Assembly (NCBI GenBank): GCA_049582705.1
Contig: JBAUUM010000988.1
Coordinates: forward strand, 1-51,100
Direction: 5' to 3'
Source of the DNA: Actinocatenispora sp.
GTDB taxonomy: Bacteria > Actinomycetota > Actinomycetes > Mycobacteriales > Micromonosporaceae
Length of the DNA stretch: 51,100 bases
Shown: piece by piece, positions 27,388 to 41,414 of the stretch
Numbering within the stretch: the stretch's first letter is position 1
How the letters are laid out: the number at the start of each line of letters is the position of its first letter
The notes under the pieces: generated by a model
Seen by the model: the letters and a program-made list of their open reading frames with translations, nothing else
The model's database searches: none
What the model was told of the DNA's origin: nothing
Position numbers and translations under genes: made by a program

Positions 27388-28128
27388 ATGCACACCCCCC
27401 AGCCACCCCGAAGCCCCCGCACTCCACGGACCCGCCGACGGCGCCGGATCGGCCTGCTGGGCGCCGGCGTGGCCGCACTGGGAGCGGCCGCACTCGCCGC
27501 CGGTTGCGGGTCACCCACCCCGGCGAAGACGCCCGACGCCGACCACGGATCCGCCGGCAGACACACCGCGTCGGCCTCGCCGAGCCCCAGGTCCTCGACC
27601 TCCCGACCGGGTCCGAAGCGCAAGTCCGCGGTGGCGGCCGACAAGCCGGCCGGTGCCCGGAGCGTGACCATGATCGGCGACTCGATCACCGTCCGCTCCG
27701 AGGACGCGCTGTGGAACCTCATGCCGAACGCGAAGATCAACGGAGAGGTCGGTCGACAGCTGAACACCGCGCCCGGCCTGGTGGCGGAGGCCCGCCGGTC
27801 GGGTGACCTCGGCCAGGTACTCGTCATCGCGCTCGGCACCAACGGCAACGGCGGTACCCCGGACCTGAACCGCGCCATCGACGCGGCCGGGCCCCACCAC
27901 AAGGTCGTGCTGGTCAACATCGACGCCGACCGGCCGTGGGAGAGCACCGTGAACGCCGACATCCAGCACGTCGCGGCATCCCGGTCGAACGTCACCCTCG
28001 CCGACTGGCACCACACCATCTCCGGCAAGGAGTACCTGCTGGTGGACGGAGTACACCCGAACCCCGAAGGATCCGGGCTGTTCGCGCACACCGTCGTCGA
28101 CGCGGTGAACAGGGCCGACGGGAGCTGA
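27388..28128 (+). CDS. SGNH hydrolase-like lipoprotein (OatA C-terminal-like)
   Basis: Lipobox LAAGC; GDS, LGTNG and DGVHP blocks. Confidence 0.8.
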   Translation: MHTPQPPRSPRTPRTRRRRRIGLLGAGVAALGAAALAAGCGSPTPAKTPDADHGSAGRHTASASPSPRSSTSRPGPKRKSAVAADKPAGARSVTMIGDSITVRSEDALWNLMPNAKINGEVGRQLNTAPGLVAEARRSGDLGQVLVIALGTNGNGGTPDLNRAIDAAGPHHKVVLVNIDADRPWESTVNADIQHVAASRSNVTLADWHHTISGKEYLLVDGVHPNPEGSGLFAHTVVDAVNRADGS

Positions 28129-28157
28129 CCACCGGGCACCGGTCCGTACGGCGGCCC

Positions 28158-29981
28158 TCACTCGTCCTGGTGGGACGCGGTCAGCGCCTGCGTGAGCGTG
28201 GTGGCGTAGATGCGGGTGCCGGCCCCCGGTCGGGGATGGACGTGGTCTGTCCACAGCAGACTCTGCCGGTGCGCGATCGCCGAATACCAGTCGACCAGGT
28301 GGACGCTGGCGTGGGCAGCGGCCACCGCGGCCAGCGTCCGGTTGACCGACGGCCCCCACGGCTGCGTCGGCACCCAGACGTTCACCAGGTAGAGCTCGCG
28401 CTGCGAACCGAGCGTACGCACGATCCGCTCCAGCAGACTGCGCGGGAACGGGCCGTTCGTACCCAGGCCGAGTACCACGATGCGGCGCAGCTCACCGCTG
28501 CTCGCCTTGTCCGCCAACAGTTGCGGTGCCGCCAGCATGTACCGGCTCACCACGGCGTCGATGCTGATGCCCGGCAACACCCTGGTCACCGACTGGGCCG
28601 AGGCGAGCATCACCGAGTCGCCGACCGCGGTGACCTGTCTGCCGAGGGACGGTGTCACCGCCTGGGTGTGCGACGGTGACGGGCTCGGCGTCAGCGGCGA
28701 CGGATTCGGCAACACCGGCGACCGCGGGTTCGGCTCCGCCACCGGCGGCCGCTGGGAAACCGGCGAATGCGCCGCGGTGCGCCCGTTGGCCAACTGCGCC
28801 TGCAACCCGGCGTCCGGCGGCGGCGGAACCCGGAACAGGCTCGCCACGGCGAGACTCAGCAGGCCCAGGACGGTCACCCCGGCGATCGTGAGTTCCGTGC
28901 CGTACCCGCGGACGACCGTCCGGCCGAGACCGGCGAGGACCTGGCGTACGCCGTGCCGCAGTACCGGTTGTTCCAGGTACCGGTAGGACAGTGCGGCGAG
29001 CGACACGGCGACGAACACCTCCGCGGCCGCGACCAGCGGTGTCCGGTGCCCGGCGATCCGGTCCCCGATCAGCAGTACCGGCCAGTGCCACAGGTACAGC
29101 CCGTAGGACCGGGCGCCGACCCAGCGTGCCGGCCGGCTGCCCAGTACCCGGCCGATCGGCCCGTGGGCGTGCCCGGCGCCGACGATCAGCAGCGCGGTGG
29201 CCGCGCAGACGACGAGGATGCCGCCGCGGTACGTCAGCGACCGGTACTCGTCGAGCCACCACAGTCCGGCGGCGACGACGCCGATGCCGAGCATGCTCAG
29301 CGAACGCCCCGTGGCGCGATCGGGCGGCGCGACGCCGGGCCAGGCAACGGCGAGGACCGCACCGAGCAGCAGACCGAAGCAGTGCGTGTCGGTACCGAAG
29401 TAGACCCGGGACGGGTCGGCGCCCGGATGGAACACCGTGGCCATCAGCACCGCGGAGGCCAGGCCGGCGATCGCGGCGGCGACCGCCAGGGTGCGCCGTC
29501 CGCGCCGCAGGATCAGTACCACCAGCAGCGGCCAGAGCAGGTAGAACTGCTCCTCCACGGCGAGCGACCACAGGTGTTGCAGGACCGACGGTGGACTGAA
29601 CCGGGTGAAGTACGAGTGGTGCAGCGCGATCTGGAACCAGTTGCTGCCGAAGGAGACCGCGCCGAGCAGGTCGGTACGCAGTGCGCGCAGCCGGGACGGG
29701 TCGGTCGCCGCCAGGCCGAGCGTGGCGGCGATCAGGACCGGCAGCAGCGCCGGCAGGATGCGGTACGCCCGGCGCGACCAGAAGTGGCCGAGCCCGATCC
29801 GGCCGGTACGGTCCCGCTCGGTGACCAGCTGGCGGGTGATCAGGTAGCCGCTGAGTACGAAGAACAGGTCGACCCCGAGGTACCCACCGGGCAGTGCCCC
29901 CGGGTACAGGTGGTAGACGAACACCGCGATGATCGCCAGTGCGCGGATACCGTCCAACCCGGGCAGCCGTCCCGATCGCAT
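28158..29981 (-). CDS. Acyltransferase-3 + SGNH fusion (OatA-like O-acetyltransferase); start uncertain
   Basis: GLDGIRALA, GVDLFFVLSGYLIT, HLWSLAVEEQFY, SYGLYLWHWP; C-terminal GDS, LGTNG, DHVHP. Confidence 0.9.
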   Translation of the reverse strand: MRSGRLPGLDGIRALAIIAVFVYHLYPGALPGGYLGVDLFFVLSGYLITRQLVTERDRTGRIGLGHFWSRRAYRILPALLPVLIAATLGLAATDPSRLRALRTDLLGAVSFGSNWFQIALHHSYFTRFSPPSVLQHLWSLAVEEQFYLLWPLLVVLILRRGRRTLAVAAAIAGLASAVLMATVFHPGADPSRVYFGTDTHCFGLLLGAVLAVAWPGVAPPDRATGRSLSMLGIGVVAAGLWWLDEYRSLTYRGGILVVCAATALLIVGAGHAHGPIGRVLGSRPARWVGARSYGLYLWHWPVLLIGDRIAGHRTPLVAAAEVFVAVSLAALSYRYLEQPVLRHGVRQVLAGLGRTVVRGYGTELTIAGVTVLGLLSLAVASLFRVPPPPDAGLQAQLANGRTAAHSPVSQRPPVAEPNPRSPVLPNPSPLTPSPSPSHTQAVTPSLGRQVTAVGDSVMLASAQSVTRVLPGISIDAVVSRYMLAAPQLLADKASSGELRRIVVLGLGTNGPFPRSLLERIVRTLGSQRELYLVNVWVPTQPWGPSVNRTLAAVAAAHASVHLVDWYSAIAHRQSLLWTDHVHPRPGAGTRIYATTLTQALTASHQDE

Positions 29982-30560
29982 CGGATCGGCGGATTCGGTG
30001 CTGTGTTCCCGGATGACGACGACAGTGCCAACCATGGCCGACCTCCCCATGACGACGACCGGGTCCTCACGTGGAACCCATCGCGTCATACATGGCCGGG
30101 CGCCCGCCCCATCGACCGCAAGGTGTGCTGCCCGGACTTGCGTCCCCCAACGCTCCTCGCTACCCGCCAGAATCACATGCACGGCATAAGAGGAATGACG
30201 GTATTGACGGACGGTTCCCTCGAACGGCCGACCGACCGGACAGCCTCTTCGTACGGACCGGCCGGTTGATGGCGGGATGCGCCGTCGTACCGGGCTGGGG
30301 CGGCACGCCGTTACTTGTGCTGTCAACAGTTCCGGTCGACGACGGTCCACCGCCCCGTTGGGGTGAGCGGCCCGTCGGCTCCCACGAACGGTCCATATCG
30401 CAACCCGCGGGGGCGGTCGAGGGCCGAAACCGGACTCCGGTCGGACCGTTCGGCCCCGACGCCGGGGGCCGTTGGGCTGCTCCGCCGTACCCACCGACCC
30501 ACCCACGGACTACGGGCAGCGGCAATGCGCCGGGCACCGCCCGGCAGCGAGCATGAAGAC

Positions 30561-30992
30561 ATGCCTATCCGCTGCTTGATCGTCGATGACAGTGACCGGT
30601 TCCTCCAGTCCGCTCGCAGTCTGCTGGAGCAGCAGGGAGTCGCCGTCGTCGGCGTCGCCTCGAACTCGACCGCCGCGCTGGAACAGATGGCGCAGGTGAA
30701 ACCCGATGTGATGCTGCTGGATGTCTTCCTGGGCAACGAGAGCGGCTTCGAGATCGCCCGGCAGGTACACGGGTCGGCACGTGAGGATCGCGGCGGTCGT
30801 CGCCCCGCCGTGATCCTCATCTCCAGCCACGCCCCGGAGGATTTCCAGGAGTTGATCGCGGCCAGCCCGGTGTCGGGGTTTCTGCCGAAGTCCACCCTGT
30901 CGATCGCGGCCATCCGCCGTCTGCTCGACGGCGAGGACCGTACGGACAGCGTGCGGAGCGGCGAGGGCCGGTCCGGGTGCCTGGCGGTGTGA
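30561..30992 (+). CDS. Single-domain response regulator (receiver only)
   Basis: CLIVDD, MLLDV, FLPK. Confidence 0.85.
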   Translation: MPIRCLIVDDSDRFLQSARSLLEQQGVAVVGVASNSTAALEQMAQVKPDVMLLDVFLGNESGFEIARQVHGSAREDRGGRRPAVILISSHAPEDFQELIAASPVSGFLPKSTLSIAAIRRLLDGEDRTDSVRSGEGRSGCLAV

Positions 30993-31213
30993 CAGCCGCC
31001 CGGGCGTGGCTCCGGGACCGCCGAGGGCGGGTCAGATGCGTTGGCATGTCCCCGGTTCCCGCCATGGCGGTGGTAATCCCGCCGTCGACGCCGATGTCCG
31101 GGCGTAGGCCCGATCGCCACCACGACGGTCACCGCCGGACAGGTGACCGCAGAGCGGGCCGGCCGGGACCGACGCGGGTTTCGTTGCGACAGCCGAGGAT
31201 TAGTGTTGGGGAG

Positions 31214-31888
31214 GTGGACCGGACGGGGGACCGCCACATCCGTGTATTCCTGGTGGACGACCATGAGGTCACCAGGTACGGCGTTGGCGCCCTGTTGAGG
31301 GTCGAGCCCCAGCTGGAGCTGGTCGGCGAGGCGTCGTCGGTACGGGAGGCGCTGGTCCGGGTTCCCGCCACGCGTCCGGATGTCGCGGTGCTCGACGTAC
31401 GGCTGCCCGACGGCAGCGGCATCGAACTGTGCCGCGAGCTGCGCTCCCAGCTTCCGGAGCTGCGTTGCCTGATCCTGACCTCCTTCGCCGATCACGAGGC
31501 CATGTTCGACGCCATCATGGCCGGGGCGAACGGATTCACGCTCAAGGAGGCTCTCGGGTCGGAGGTGGTGGACTCGATCCGCACGATCGGGTCGGGCGGG
31601 TCCCTGTTGGATCCGCAGACCACGACGACGCTGCTGAACAGGCTGCGCCACCAGCAGGACGAGAAGGACCCGTTGCGTCGGCTCACCGAACGGGAGCGGG
31701 TGGTGCTGGACCTGATCAGTGAGGGGTTCACCAACCGGCAGATCGCCGAACGGCTCCACCTGACCGAGAAGACCGTGAAGAACTGCGTCTCCCAGCTGCT
31801 GGCAAAGCTCGACATGCAGCGACGGACGCAGGCCGCCGTGTTCGCCACCCGGCTGCGACAGGACGTGGACCACCCGCACGGCAGATGA
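31214..31888 (+). CDS. DevR/DosR-like NarL-family response regulator
   Basis: VFLVDDHEV, VAVLDVRLPDGSGIELCREL, LTSF, EKTVKN, RRTQAAV. Confidence 0.88.
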   Translation: MDRTGDRHIRVFLVDDHEVTRYGVGALLRVEPQLELVGEASSVREALVRVPATRPDVAVLDVRLPDGSGIELCRELRSQLPELRCLILTSFADHEAMFDAIMAGANGFTLKEALGSEVVDSIRTIGSGGSLLDPQTTTTLLNRLRHQQDEKDPLRRLTERERVVLDLISEGFTNRQIAERLHLTEKTVKNCVSQLLAKLDMQRRTQAAVFATRLRQDVDHPHGR

Positions 31889-31963
31889 TTCCGCACGCCT
31901 CGCCCACCGGAACGCCCCCTGCGTACCGGCTTGGCCTGGCGAGGTAGTGACTTGGGGGAGGCA

Positions 31964-35767
<3,804 letters not shown>

Positions 35768-35774
35768 CCGCCCA

Positions 35775-35810
35775 CCCTGACCGCTCCGGTCGCGCCCGGA
35801 GCGGTCAGGG
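35775..35810. terminator. Hairpin between convergent genes
   Basis: 15-bp arms CCCTGACCGCTCCGG / CCGGAGCGGTCAGGG. Confidence 0.7.
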
Positions 35811-35835
35811 CGGGCTGCGCTCGTTCCTGGTCGCC

Positions 35836-36309
35836 TCAGGTGAGGCGCAGGATGGTCTCCTCGATGTCGGCGCCGCGGCCGCGCGCGTAGCCCGTGTCGT
35901 GCCCGGTGACGACGAAGCCGGCCTTCTGGAGTACGCGCAGTGAACCGAGGTTGTCGCTGGCGGCGCGTGCCTTCAGCGGCCGGGTCCGGACGGTGTCGAG
36001 GAGCAGGGTGAGGGCGCTGCTGCCGACGCCCTTTCCCCAGACGGCCCGGTCGATCCAGTAGGTGACCTCGGTGTCGCCGTCCATGACGTAGCTGCCGACG
36101 GTGCCGACGAAGCGCCCGTCGAGGGTGACGGCGCGCAGGAGGGTGTCGGGTGCGGCGCGAATCCTGGCCGTGTGGGCGTCGAAGGCGGCGCGGTCGTCCG
36201 GGTCGGGTGCGGTGAAGGCGGCCATCCGGACGGAGTCCGGGTCGCGCATCATCTCGAACAGCGGGTCGAGGTCGGCGTCCTCGATGTGCCGCAACGCGAC
36301 GTCGGCCAC
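35836..36309 (-). CDS. GNAT (RimJ/RimL-like) N-acetyltransferase
   Basis: VTYWIDRAVWGKGVG, DNLGSLRVLQKAGF. Confidence 0.88.
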   Translation of the reverse strand: MADVALRHIEDADLDPLFEMMRDPDSVRMAAFTAPDPDDRAAFDAHTARIRAAPDTLLRAVTLDGRFVGTVGSYVMDGDTEVTYWIDRAVWGKGVGSSALTLLLDTVRTRPLKARAASDNLGSLRVLQKAGFVVTGHDTGYARGRGADIEETILRLT

Positions 36310-36495
36310 GGGATCTCCTCACTGGTGGACTGGTTCGAGGTGCACCGTAGCGTCAACGGTTACGCCACCGACGCGCACACCACATCGATCCGGTCCTCGG
36401 CGACCGGAGCGTACCGCCCGCGGCCCGACCGGCCGGGCGAAACCCCACGGTCGGGGCACCCGTTAGCCCGGTTGCCGGCCCGGTCCCGGCCGCAG

Positions 36496-36523
36496 CGGTG
36501 AGTTTCGCCGGCCCGGCGGGTCT
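36496..36523 (+). promoter_or_regulatory. Putative SigG/ECF56-type promoter CGGTGA-N18-GTCT
   Basis: Same spacing and TGAGTTT core as 6191-6218. Confidence 0.5.
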
Positions 36524-36555
36524 CACCATCGTCGTCGACAGCACGGGAGGAACAC

Positions 36556-37200
36556 GTGGCTCAGCTCCTGAGGGTGCAGAACTTCAACGTCTCGAGTGAC
36601 GGAATCGGTGCCGGCGAGGACCAGAGCCTCGAGAGGCCCTTCGGTCACGTCGATCCCGGGAGGCTGTTCGCCTGGGCCGGCGCCACGGCGAGCTGGCCCA
36701 TGCGTACCGACCCCGGTGGGAGCCGGGGCCTGGACGACTACCTCACCCGGGACTACCCGCACAACATCGGCGCCGAGATCATGGGCCGCAACAAGTTCGG
36801 GCCCCAGCGTGGGCCCTGGCAGGACCACGAGTGGCGCGGCTGGTGGGGTGACGAGCCCCCGTTCCACACCCCGGTGTTCGTCCTGACGCACCACAAGCGT
36901 CCGTCGTTCACGCTGTCCGACACCACGTTCCACTTCGTCGACGGCGACCCGGCCACGGTCCTCGACCAGGCGCGGGAAGCCGCGCAGGGCAAGGATGTCC
37001 GGCTCGGCGGCGGAGTCAGTACGATCCGGCAGTTTCTGGACGCCGACCTCGTCGACACGCTGCACGTGGCGGTGTCACCGATGCGGCTCGGGTCCGGACT
37101 GCGCCTCTGGGAGTCGCCCGACGACCTGCTCGACCGGTTCCACCTGGACGTCGTACCCAGTTCGAGCGGCGTGACACACCACCTGTTCTGGCGGAAGTGA
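36556..37200 (+). CDS. Dihydrofolate reductase / RibD C-terminal family protein
   Basis: VSSDG, IGAEIMGRNKF, PVFVLTH, DVRLGGG, LVDTLH. Confidence 0.88.
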   Translation: MAQLLRVQNFNVSSDGIGAGEDQSLERPFGHVDPGRLFAWAGATASWPMRTDPGGSRGLDDYLTRDYPHNIGAEIMGRNKFGPQRGPWQDHEWRGWWGDEPPFHTPVFVLTHHKRPSFTLSDTTFHFVDGDPATVLDQAREAAQGKDVRLGGGVSTIRQFLDADLVDTLHVAVSPMRLGSGLRLWESPDDLLDRFHLDVVPSSSGVTHHLFWRK

Positions 37201-37250
37201 CCTCGGGTCCTGCCGACCGTGCGTCGGTGGCCGGGGAGCGGGGCCGGCCG

Positions 37251-37832
37251 CTACCCGGCGAACCGGCCACCGCGCTGCCATCGGGACGCCTCCACGGAGG
37301 CGGCCGCGACGCCGGCGCGGTGCAGGACCGTCGCCAGCTGCGCCGGGGCGTCGACGGGCCGAGCGTCCATCAGCGCCAGTACACCGGTGGCGCTCCCCGC
37401 CTCGTCGCACCGCACGCCGACGTAGATCCAGCCGGCCACGTCGCCGAGGTGCTGCCGGAGCGTTCTGGCCAGGTCCGCGGCGTCGTGACCGGTGCAGGAC
37501 GACGTGACCGCCGCGGCGATGCCGGAACCGGCCGGCGCCGGGCGGTGCCACATCGTGCCGTCCAGGCACGGCACGATCGGGCCGACCTCGACCGTCGAGT
37601 ACCACCCCGCCGTCGCGTAGGGCTCGTCGTGCGCGAAGCGGCGGGCCGCGGCGAGGTCGGGAAGCTCGACGACGTGGACACTCCCGGTGTGCCGCTCCCC
37701 GTCCGCGGAGAGGGTCGGCCCGCGGGCGATCAACCTGTCCGCCCAGCCGTCCATGTAGTCCTGGTGGGCGTCGTCCAGGTCCTCCTCCGTTCCGAAGCTG
37801 GGCGCGTCCACGCCGGTCACCAGGTACTGCAT
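37251..37832 (-). CDS. YciI family protein with C-terminal extension
   Basis: HQDYMD, LIARGPTL, TGSVHVV, DEPYATAG. Confidence 0.75.
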   Translation of the reverse strand: MQYLVTGVDAPSFGTEEDLDDAHQDYMDGWADRLIARGPTLSADGERHTGSVHVVELPDLAAARRFAHDEPYATAGWYSTVEVGPIVPCLDGTMWHRPAPAGSGIAAAVTSSCTGHDAADLARTLRQHLGDVAGWIYVGVRCDEAGSATGVLALMDARPVDAPAQLATVLHRAGVAAASVEASRWQRGGRFAG

Positions 37833-37890
37833 GCGTCCTCCAGGGGTGGGTCCCGAACGGTTCCCGGCCGCGCCGGGGCGGCGACCGCTG

Positions 37891-38577
37891 TCAGTGGGTG
37901 GCACGGGGATCGGCGACGGCGCGGATGCCGCCGATGATCATGTCGATGCCGAGGCGGTAGTAGTCCTCGGGGCTCTGCGGTGTGGTCAGCGGTTCGGCCG
38001 CGGCACGGATGTTGGGGAAGCGGTCGGGGTCCAGGGTGGCCAGGAAGCTCGCCCGGTCGGCGCGCTTGGCGGCGGTGGCCGTCGACCCGCTGGAGTGCCG
38101 GGGCTCGTACTCGGCCAGGACGACGACGGCCTGCACCGCCTGCTGGGCCAACTCGGCGCCGGCCCGTGGGTCCAGGCCCGCCGCGCGTGCGCTGTCGAGC
38201 ATGATCTCGACGGCCGTGAGGTAGTTCGGCAGCGGCACGACGCGTTCGATGACCAGACGGCCCATCCACGGGTGTGCCCGGAGCAGCCTGACCAGCGTGG
38301 TCAGGACCTCGCGGTACCTGTCCTGCCACGCGGTGTCGGGCGCGTCGGTGAACTCGGCGTCCGCGACCACGTGTTCGGCCATGGCGTCGAGCAGCCGGTC
38401 CTTGTCGCTGAAGTGCCAGTACAGGGCCATCGGGGTCACCGACAGTTCGCGGGCCAGGCGGCGCATCGAGGCGGCGCCGATGCCCTCCCGGTCGGCGATC
38501 GACACGGCCAGTCTCAGGATCTCGTCCGGAGACAGGCTCGACCGGGGTGTGGCCGCAGCGCCGGGTGTCTTCTTCAC
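37891..38577 (-). CDS. TetR family regulator (TetR_C type)
   Basis: LSPDEIL...SMRRLARELSVTPMALYWHFSDKDRLL HTH. Confidence 0.9.
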   Translation of the reverse strand: MKKTPGAAATPRSSLSPDEILRLAVSIADREGIGAASMRRLARELSVTPMALYWHFSDKDRLLDAMAEHVVADAEFTDAPDTAWQDRYREVLTTLVRLLRAHPWMGRLVIERVVPLPNYLTAVEIMLDSARAAGLDPRAGAELAQQAVQAVVVLAEYEPRHSSGSTATAAKRADRASFLATLDPDRFPNIRAAAEPLTTPQSPEDYYRLGIDMIIGGIRAVADPRATH

Positions 38578-38584
38578 ATCGCCA

Positions 38585-38650
38585 CTATACGGCGTATGGC
38601 AAATTGCGCTATACGGTGTATGGTTGCCACGTGACCTATACGCCGTATAG
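38585..38650. promoter_or_regulatory. Three TetR operators CTATAC-N3-GTATRG
   Basis: 15-bp palindromes at 38585-38599, 38609-38623, 38636-38650 between divergent tetR and doxX-like genes. Confidence 0.8.
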
Positions 38651-38737
38651 CACGGCCCTCGGCGGGCGTGCCGCCGCCGGTCGTGCGACGTACCAGCCCG
38701 TTCCGTGCGACACAGTCCCGTACGAGGAGGCGACACC

Positions 38738-39175
38738 ATGACCGCCACGACCCCGCTGAACGGCAGCACCCCGGCCCGACGCGGTGCGGGAAACATCGTC
38801 CTGTGGATCCTCCAGATCGTCGCCGTGCTCGGATTCCTCCTCGCCGCGACGCAGAAACTCACCGGCGACGAGCAGGTCATGGGGACCTTCCACGCCCTCG
38901 GCTGGGGCGCGGGGGTGCGCTACCTGCTGGCGGGCCTCGAAGTCCTGGGTGCCGTCGCCCTGTTCATCCCCCGGCTGACCGGCCTGGCCGCGACGGCATT
39001 CGTCGCGTTGACGATCGGGGCCGTCGTCGTCCAACTGGCCACCGGGGGCAGCGTCGCCGCGGCAGTGGTGTTGCTCGTCGTCTCGGCCGTCGTCGCCTGG
39101 GGTCGGCGCCGGAGCACCGCCGCGCTGTGGGCGGCCGTACGCGGACGCCGGCGCGCACCCGGAGGCGACGCATGA
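38738..39175 (+). CDS. DoxX-like membrane protein
   Basis: WILQIVAVLGFLLAATQKL, LEVLGAVALFIPRLT; GAGGAGG RBS. Confidence 0.85.
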   Translation: MTATTPLNGSTPARRGAGNIVLWILQIVAVLGFLLAATQKLTGDEQVMGTFHALGWGAGVRYLLAGLEVLGAVALFIPRLTGLAATAFVALTIGAVVVQLATGGSVAAAVVLLVVSAVVAWGRRRSTAALWAAVRGRRRAPGGDA

Positions 39176-39225
39176 CCCCCTGATCGGTCACCCCGTGCCG
39201 CAACGGGTTCCGCCCACGATCCAGC

Positions 39226-39251
39226 GTGTTGACCGGCCGGTTGCGGGGTAA
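39226..39251 (+). promoter_or_regulatory. SigB/SigF-like promoter GTGT-N16-GGGTAA
   Basis: Same architecture as 7102-7127. Confidence 0.5.
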
Positions 39252-39289
39252 CAGCAACGAAAGCCGATCGAACGGGGAGGCTGTCGGGC

Positions 39290-40390
39290 GTGCCGCCGTT
39301 GAGTCTGGGCGTCGAGGAAGAGTTCCTGCTGATCGGCCGGGACGGCCAGATCGCCACCGGCGGGCCGGAGGTGGCCCACGGCGTGCCCGACTCATCCGGA
39401 CAGACCGAGCAGGAACTCATGCGTTGCCAGGTGGAGGCCGCCACGGGCGTGCACACCCGGCTGCCGGAGCTGATCGCCGAGCTGGCCGCGCTGCGCACCC
39501 GACTGGCCGCGGAGGCCGACCGGCGCGGACTGCGGCTGCTGCCCAGTGGCACCTCTCCGCAACCGGTGGGAAAGCTGGTCGTGTCGCCGGACCGGCGCTA
39601 CCGGCGGATCGTGCGGAAGTTCGGTGAACTGGGCTCCTCGCTCACCTGCGCCTGTCACGTCCACGTCGGGATCGCGGACCGGGCCGAGGGCCTGCGGATC
39701 AGCAACACGATCCGACCCTGGCTCCCGGTGCTCCTCGCGGTGACCGCGAACTCCCCGTACCACGACGGTGCGGACACCCGGCACGCGTCGTGGCGGCACA
39801 TGCTCTGGTCCCGGTGGCCGTCCGCGGGCGCTCCGCCGCACTTCACCTCGGACGACCACTACGACTCGCTCGTGGACGGCCTGTGGCGCTGCGGCGCGAT
39901 CCTGGACCGCGGAATGCTGTACTGGGACATCCGCCTCTCCGAGCACGAGCCGACGGTGGAGATCCGGATCGCCGACGTCGCCGCGACCGTCGAGGAGGCG
40001 GGCCTGCTCGCGGCGCTGATCCGGGCCCTCGCGTCGCGGGCGCGGGCGCGGGACGAGATTGGCGCCGGCGACGTCGTACCGCCGGAGGTACTGCGGGCGC
40101 AGCTGTGGCGGACCGCGCACGACGGGCTCTCCGGTCGCTGCGTCGATCCCTTGACCGGCTCGGTGGCGCCCACGGTGCGGGTGGCCCGGACGCTCGTCGA
40201 GCACGTACGTCCGCAGCTGGCCGAGGTCGGTGACGACGGGTTCGTACGGCGGACACTGGACCGGCTCGCCGCGGGCGGCGACGGCGCCACCCGACAGCGT
40301 GCCGCGTACGCCCGCCGCCGCCGGTTCACCGACGTCGTCGACGACCTGGCGTGGCCGACGCGGGTCCCGGGCCATGACCGGAGCGCGTGA
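39290..40390 (+). CDS. Glutamate--cysteine ligase family 2 / YbdK carboxylate-amine ligase
   Basis: LGVEEEFLL, CACHVHVG, ANSPY, YWDIR, TVEIRIAD. Confidence 0.9.
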   Translation: MPPLSLGVEEEFLLIGRDGQIATGGPEVAHGVPDSSGQTEQELMRCQVEAATGVHTRLPELIAELAALRTRLAAEADRRGLRLLPSGTSPQPVGKLVVSPDRRYRRIVRKFGELGSSLTCACHVHVGIADRAEGLRISNTIRPWLPVLLAVTANSPYHDGADTRHASWRHMLWSRWPSAGAPPHFTSDDHYDSLVDGLWRCGAILDRGMLYWDIRLSEHEPTVEIRIADVAATVEEAGLLAALIRALASRARARDEIGAGDVVPPEVLRAQLWRTAHDGLSGRCVDPLTGSVAPTVRVARTLVEHVRPQLAEVGDDGFVRRTLDRLAAGGDGATRQRAAYARRRRFTDVVDDLAWPTRVPGHDRSA

Positions 40391-40487
40391 CGGACCCACC
40401 CGCTGAGCCGGGACGAACGCGGCCGGCTCCGCGCGACGCCGTTCCCGCAGGTACGGTCGGGGTCGGGCCCGACAGCGGAGGGTGGGG

Positions 40488-41255
40488 ATGGGCATGGCTG
40501 AGGTCAGGCTGATCGTCCAGGGTGACGACTTCGGGATGTGCCATGCGGTCAACGTCGGGACCGTACGGGCGTTCCGGGAGGGGATCCTGACGCAGGCGAC
40601 GACGATGGCGGCGTGCCCGTGGTTCACCGAGGCGGCGGCGCTGGCGCGGGAGGCGAGGATCCCGCTCGGGGTCCATCAGACGTTGACCTGCGAGTGGGAC
40701 TTCCTGCGGTGGCGGCCGCTGACCGACGGGGCGTCGCTGGTGGGTCCGGACGGAACGTTCCGGCGCACGGTCGCCGAGGCGAAGGCGTCGGTGGGTCATG
40801 CCGACGCCGTCCGCGAGCTGTCGGCGCAGGTGGCGAAGTTCGCGGCGGAAGGACTCGACATCGACTACCTCGACGTCCACATGGGGCAGTCCGCGCCGGA
40901 GGCGTACGCCGAGGTGTCGAGCGCGGTCGGCAGGCCGTTCATCTACGGCCCGGAGGAGTCGCGGCGGTTCGCCTCGATCGAGACGCTGAGCGATCGCGAC
41001 GCGGCGGACAAGAAGCCCTGGATGCGCGACTACCTGGACAATCTGGTGCCCGGCACGCATCTCCTGGTCACCCACTGCGCCGCCGCGGAACCCGAGCTGG
41101 CGGCACTGCACACGCCCGGCTCCGACACGTACCGCTGGGCAGAGGAGTACCGCCTCTCCGACCAGGCGATCGTCACCGACCCCGAGATCCGCCGGGCCGT
41201 CGAGGACCGTGGCATCGAACTCACCACGGTGCGCGCCGCGTTCACGGGCGGCTGA
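40488..41255 (+). CDS. ChbG/HpnK (YdjC) family deacetylase
   Basis: LIVQGDDFGM, LGVHQTL, YLDVHM. Confidence 0.85.
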   Translation: MGMAEVRLIVQGDDFGMCHAVNVGTVRAFREGILTQATTMAACPWFTEAAALAREARIPLGVHQTLTCEWDFLRWRPLTDGASLVGPDGTFRRTVAEAKASVGHADAVRELSAQVAKFAAEGLDIDYLDVHMGQSAPEAYAEVSSAVGRPFIYGPEESRRFASIETLSDRDAADKKPWMRDYLDNLVPGTHLLVTHCAAAEPELAALHTPGSDTYRWAEEYRLSDQAIVTDPEIRRAVEDRGIELTTVRAAFTGG

Positions 41256-41414
41256 CCGCGAACTCACCCGCGGTGGCCGCCGGGTCGCCGGGGGTCCTTC
41301 ATGCGTGCCGGTCCGGGCGGGTGTGTCCGACGCCGCCCGTGCTCTCGGCGGCGTCCGCCCGTCGGGGCAAGTATTCTGTCGCGCGGTGTTTTCCGTACTT
41401 GACGAGGAGTCGGC

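Noticed and set aside
41256..41414. HspR (HAIR) or HrcA (CIRCE) heat-shock operator upstream of htpG
   Set aside because: No match to CTTGAGT-N7-ACTCAAG or TTAGCACTC-N9-GAGTGCTAA was seen.
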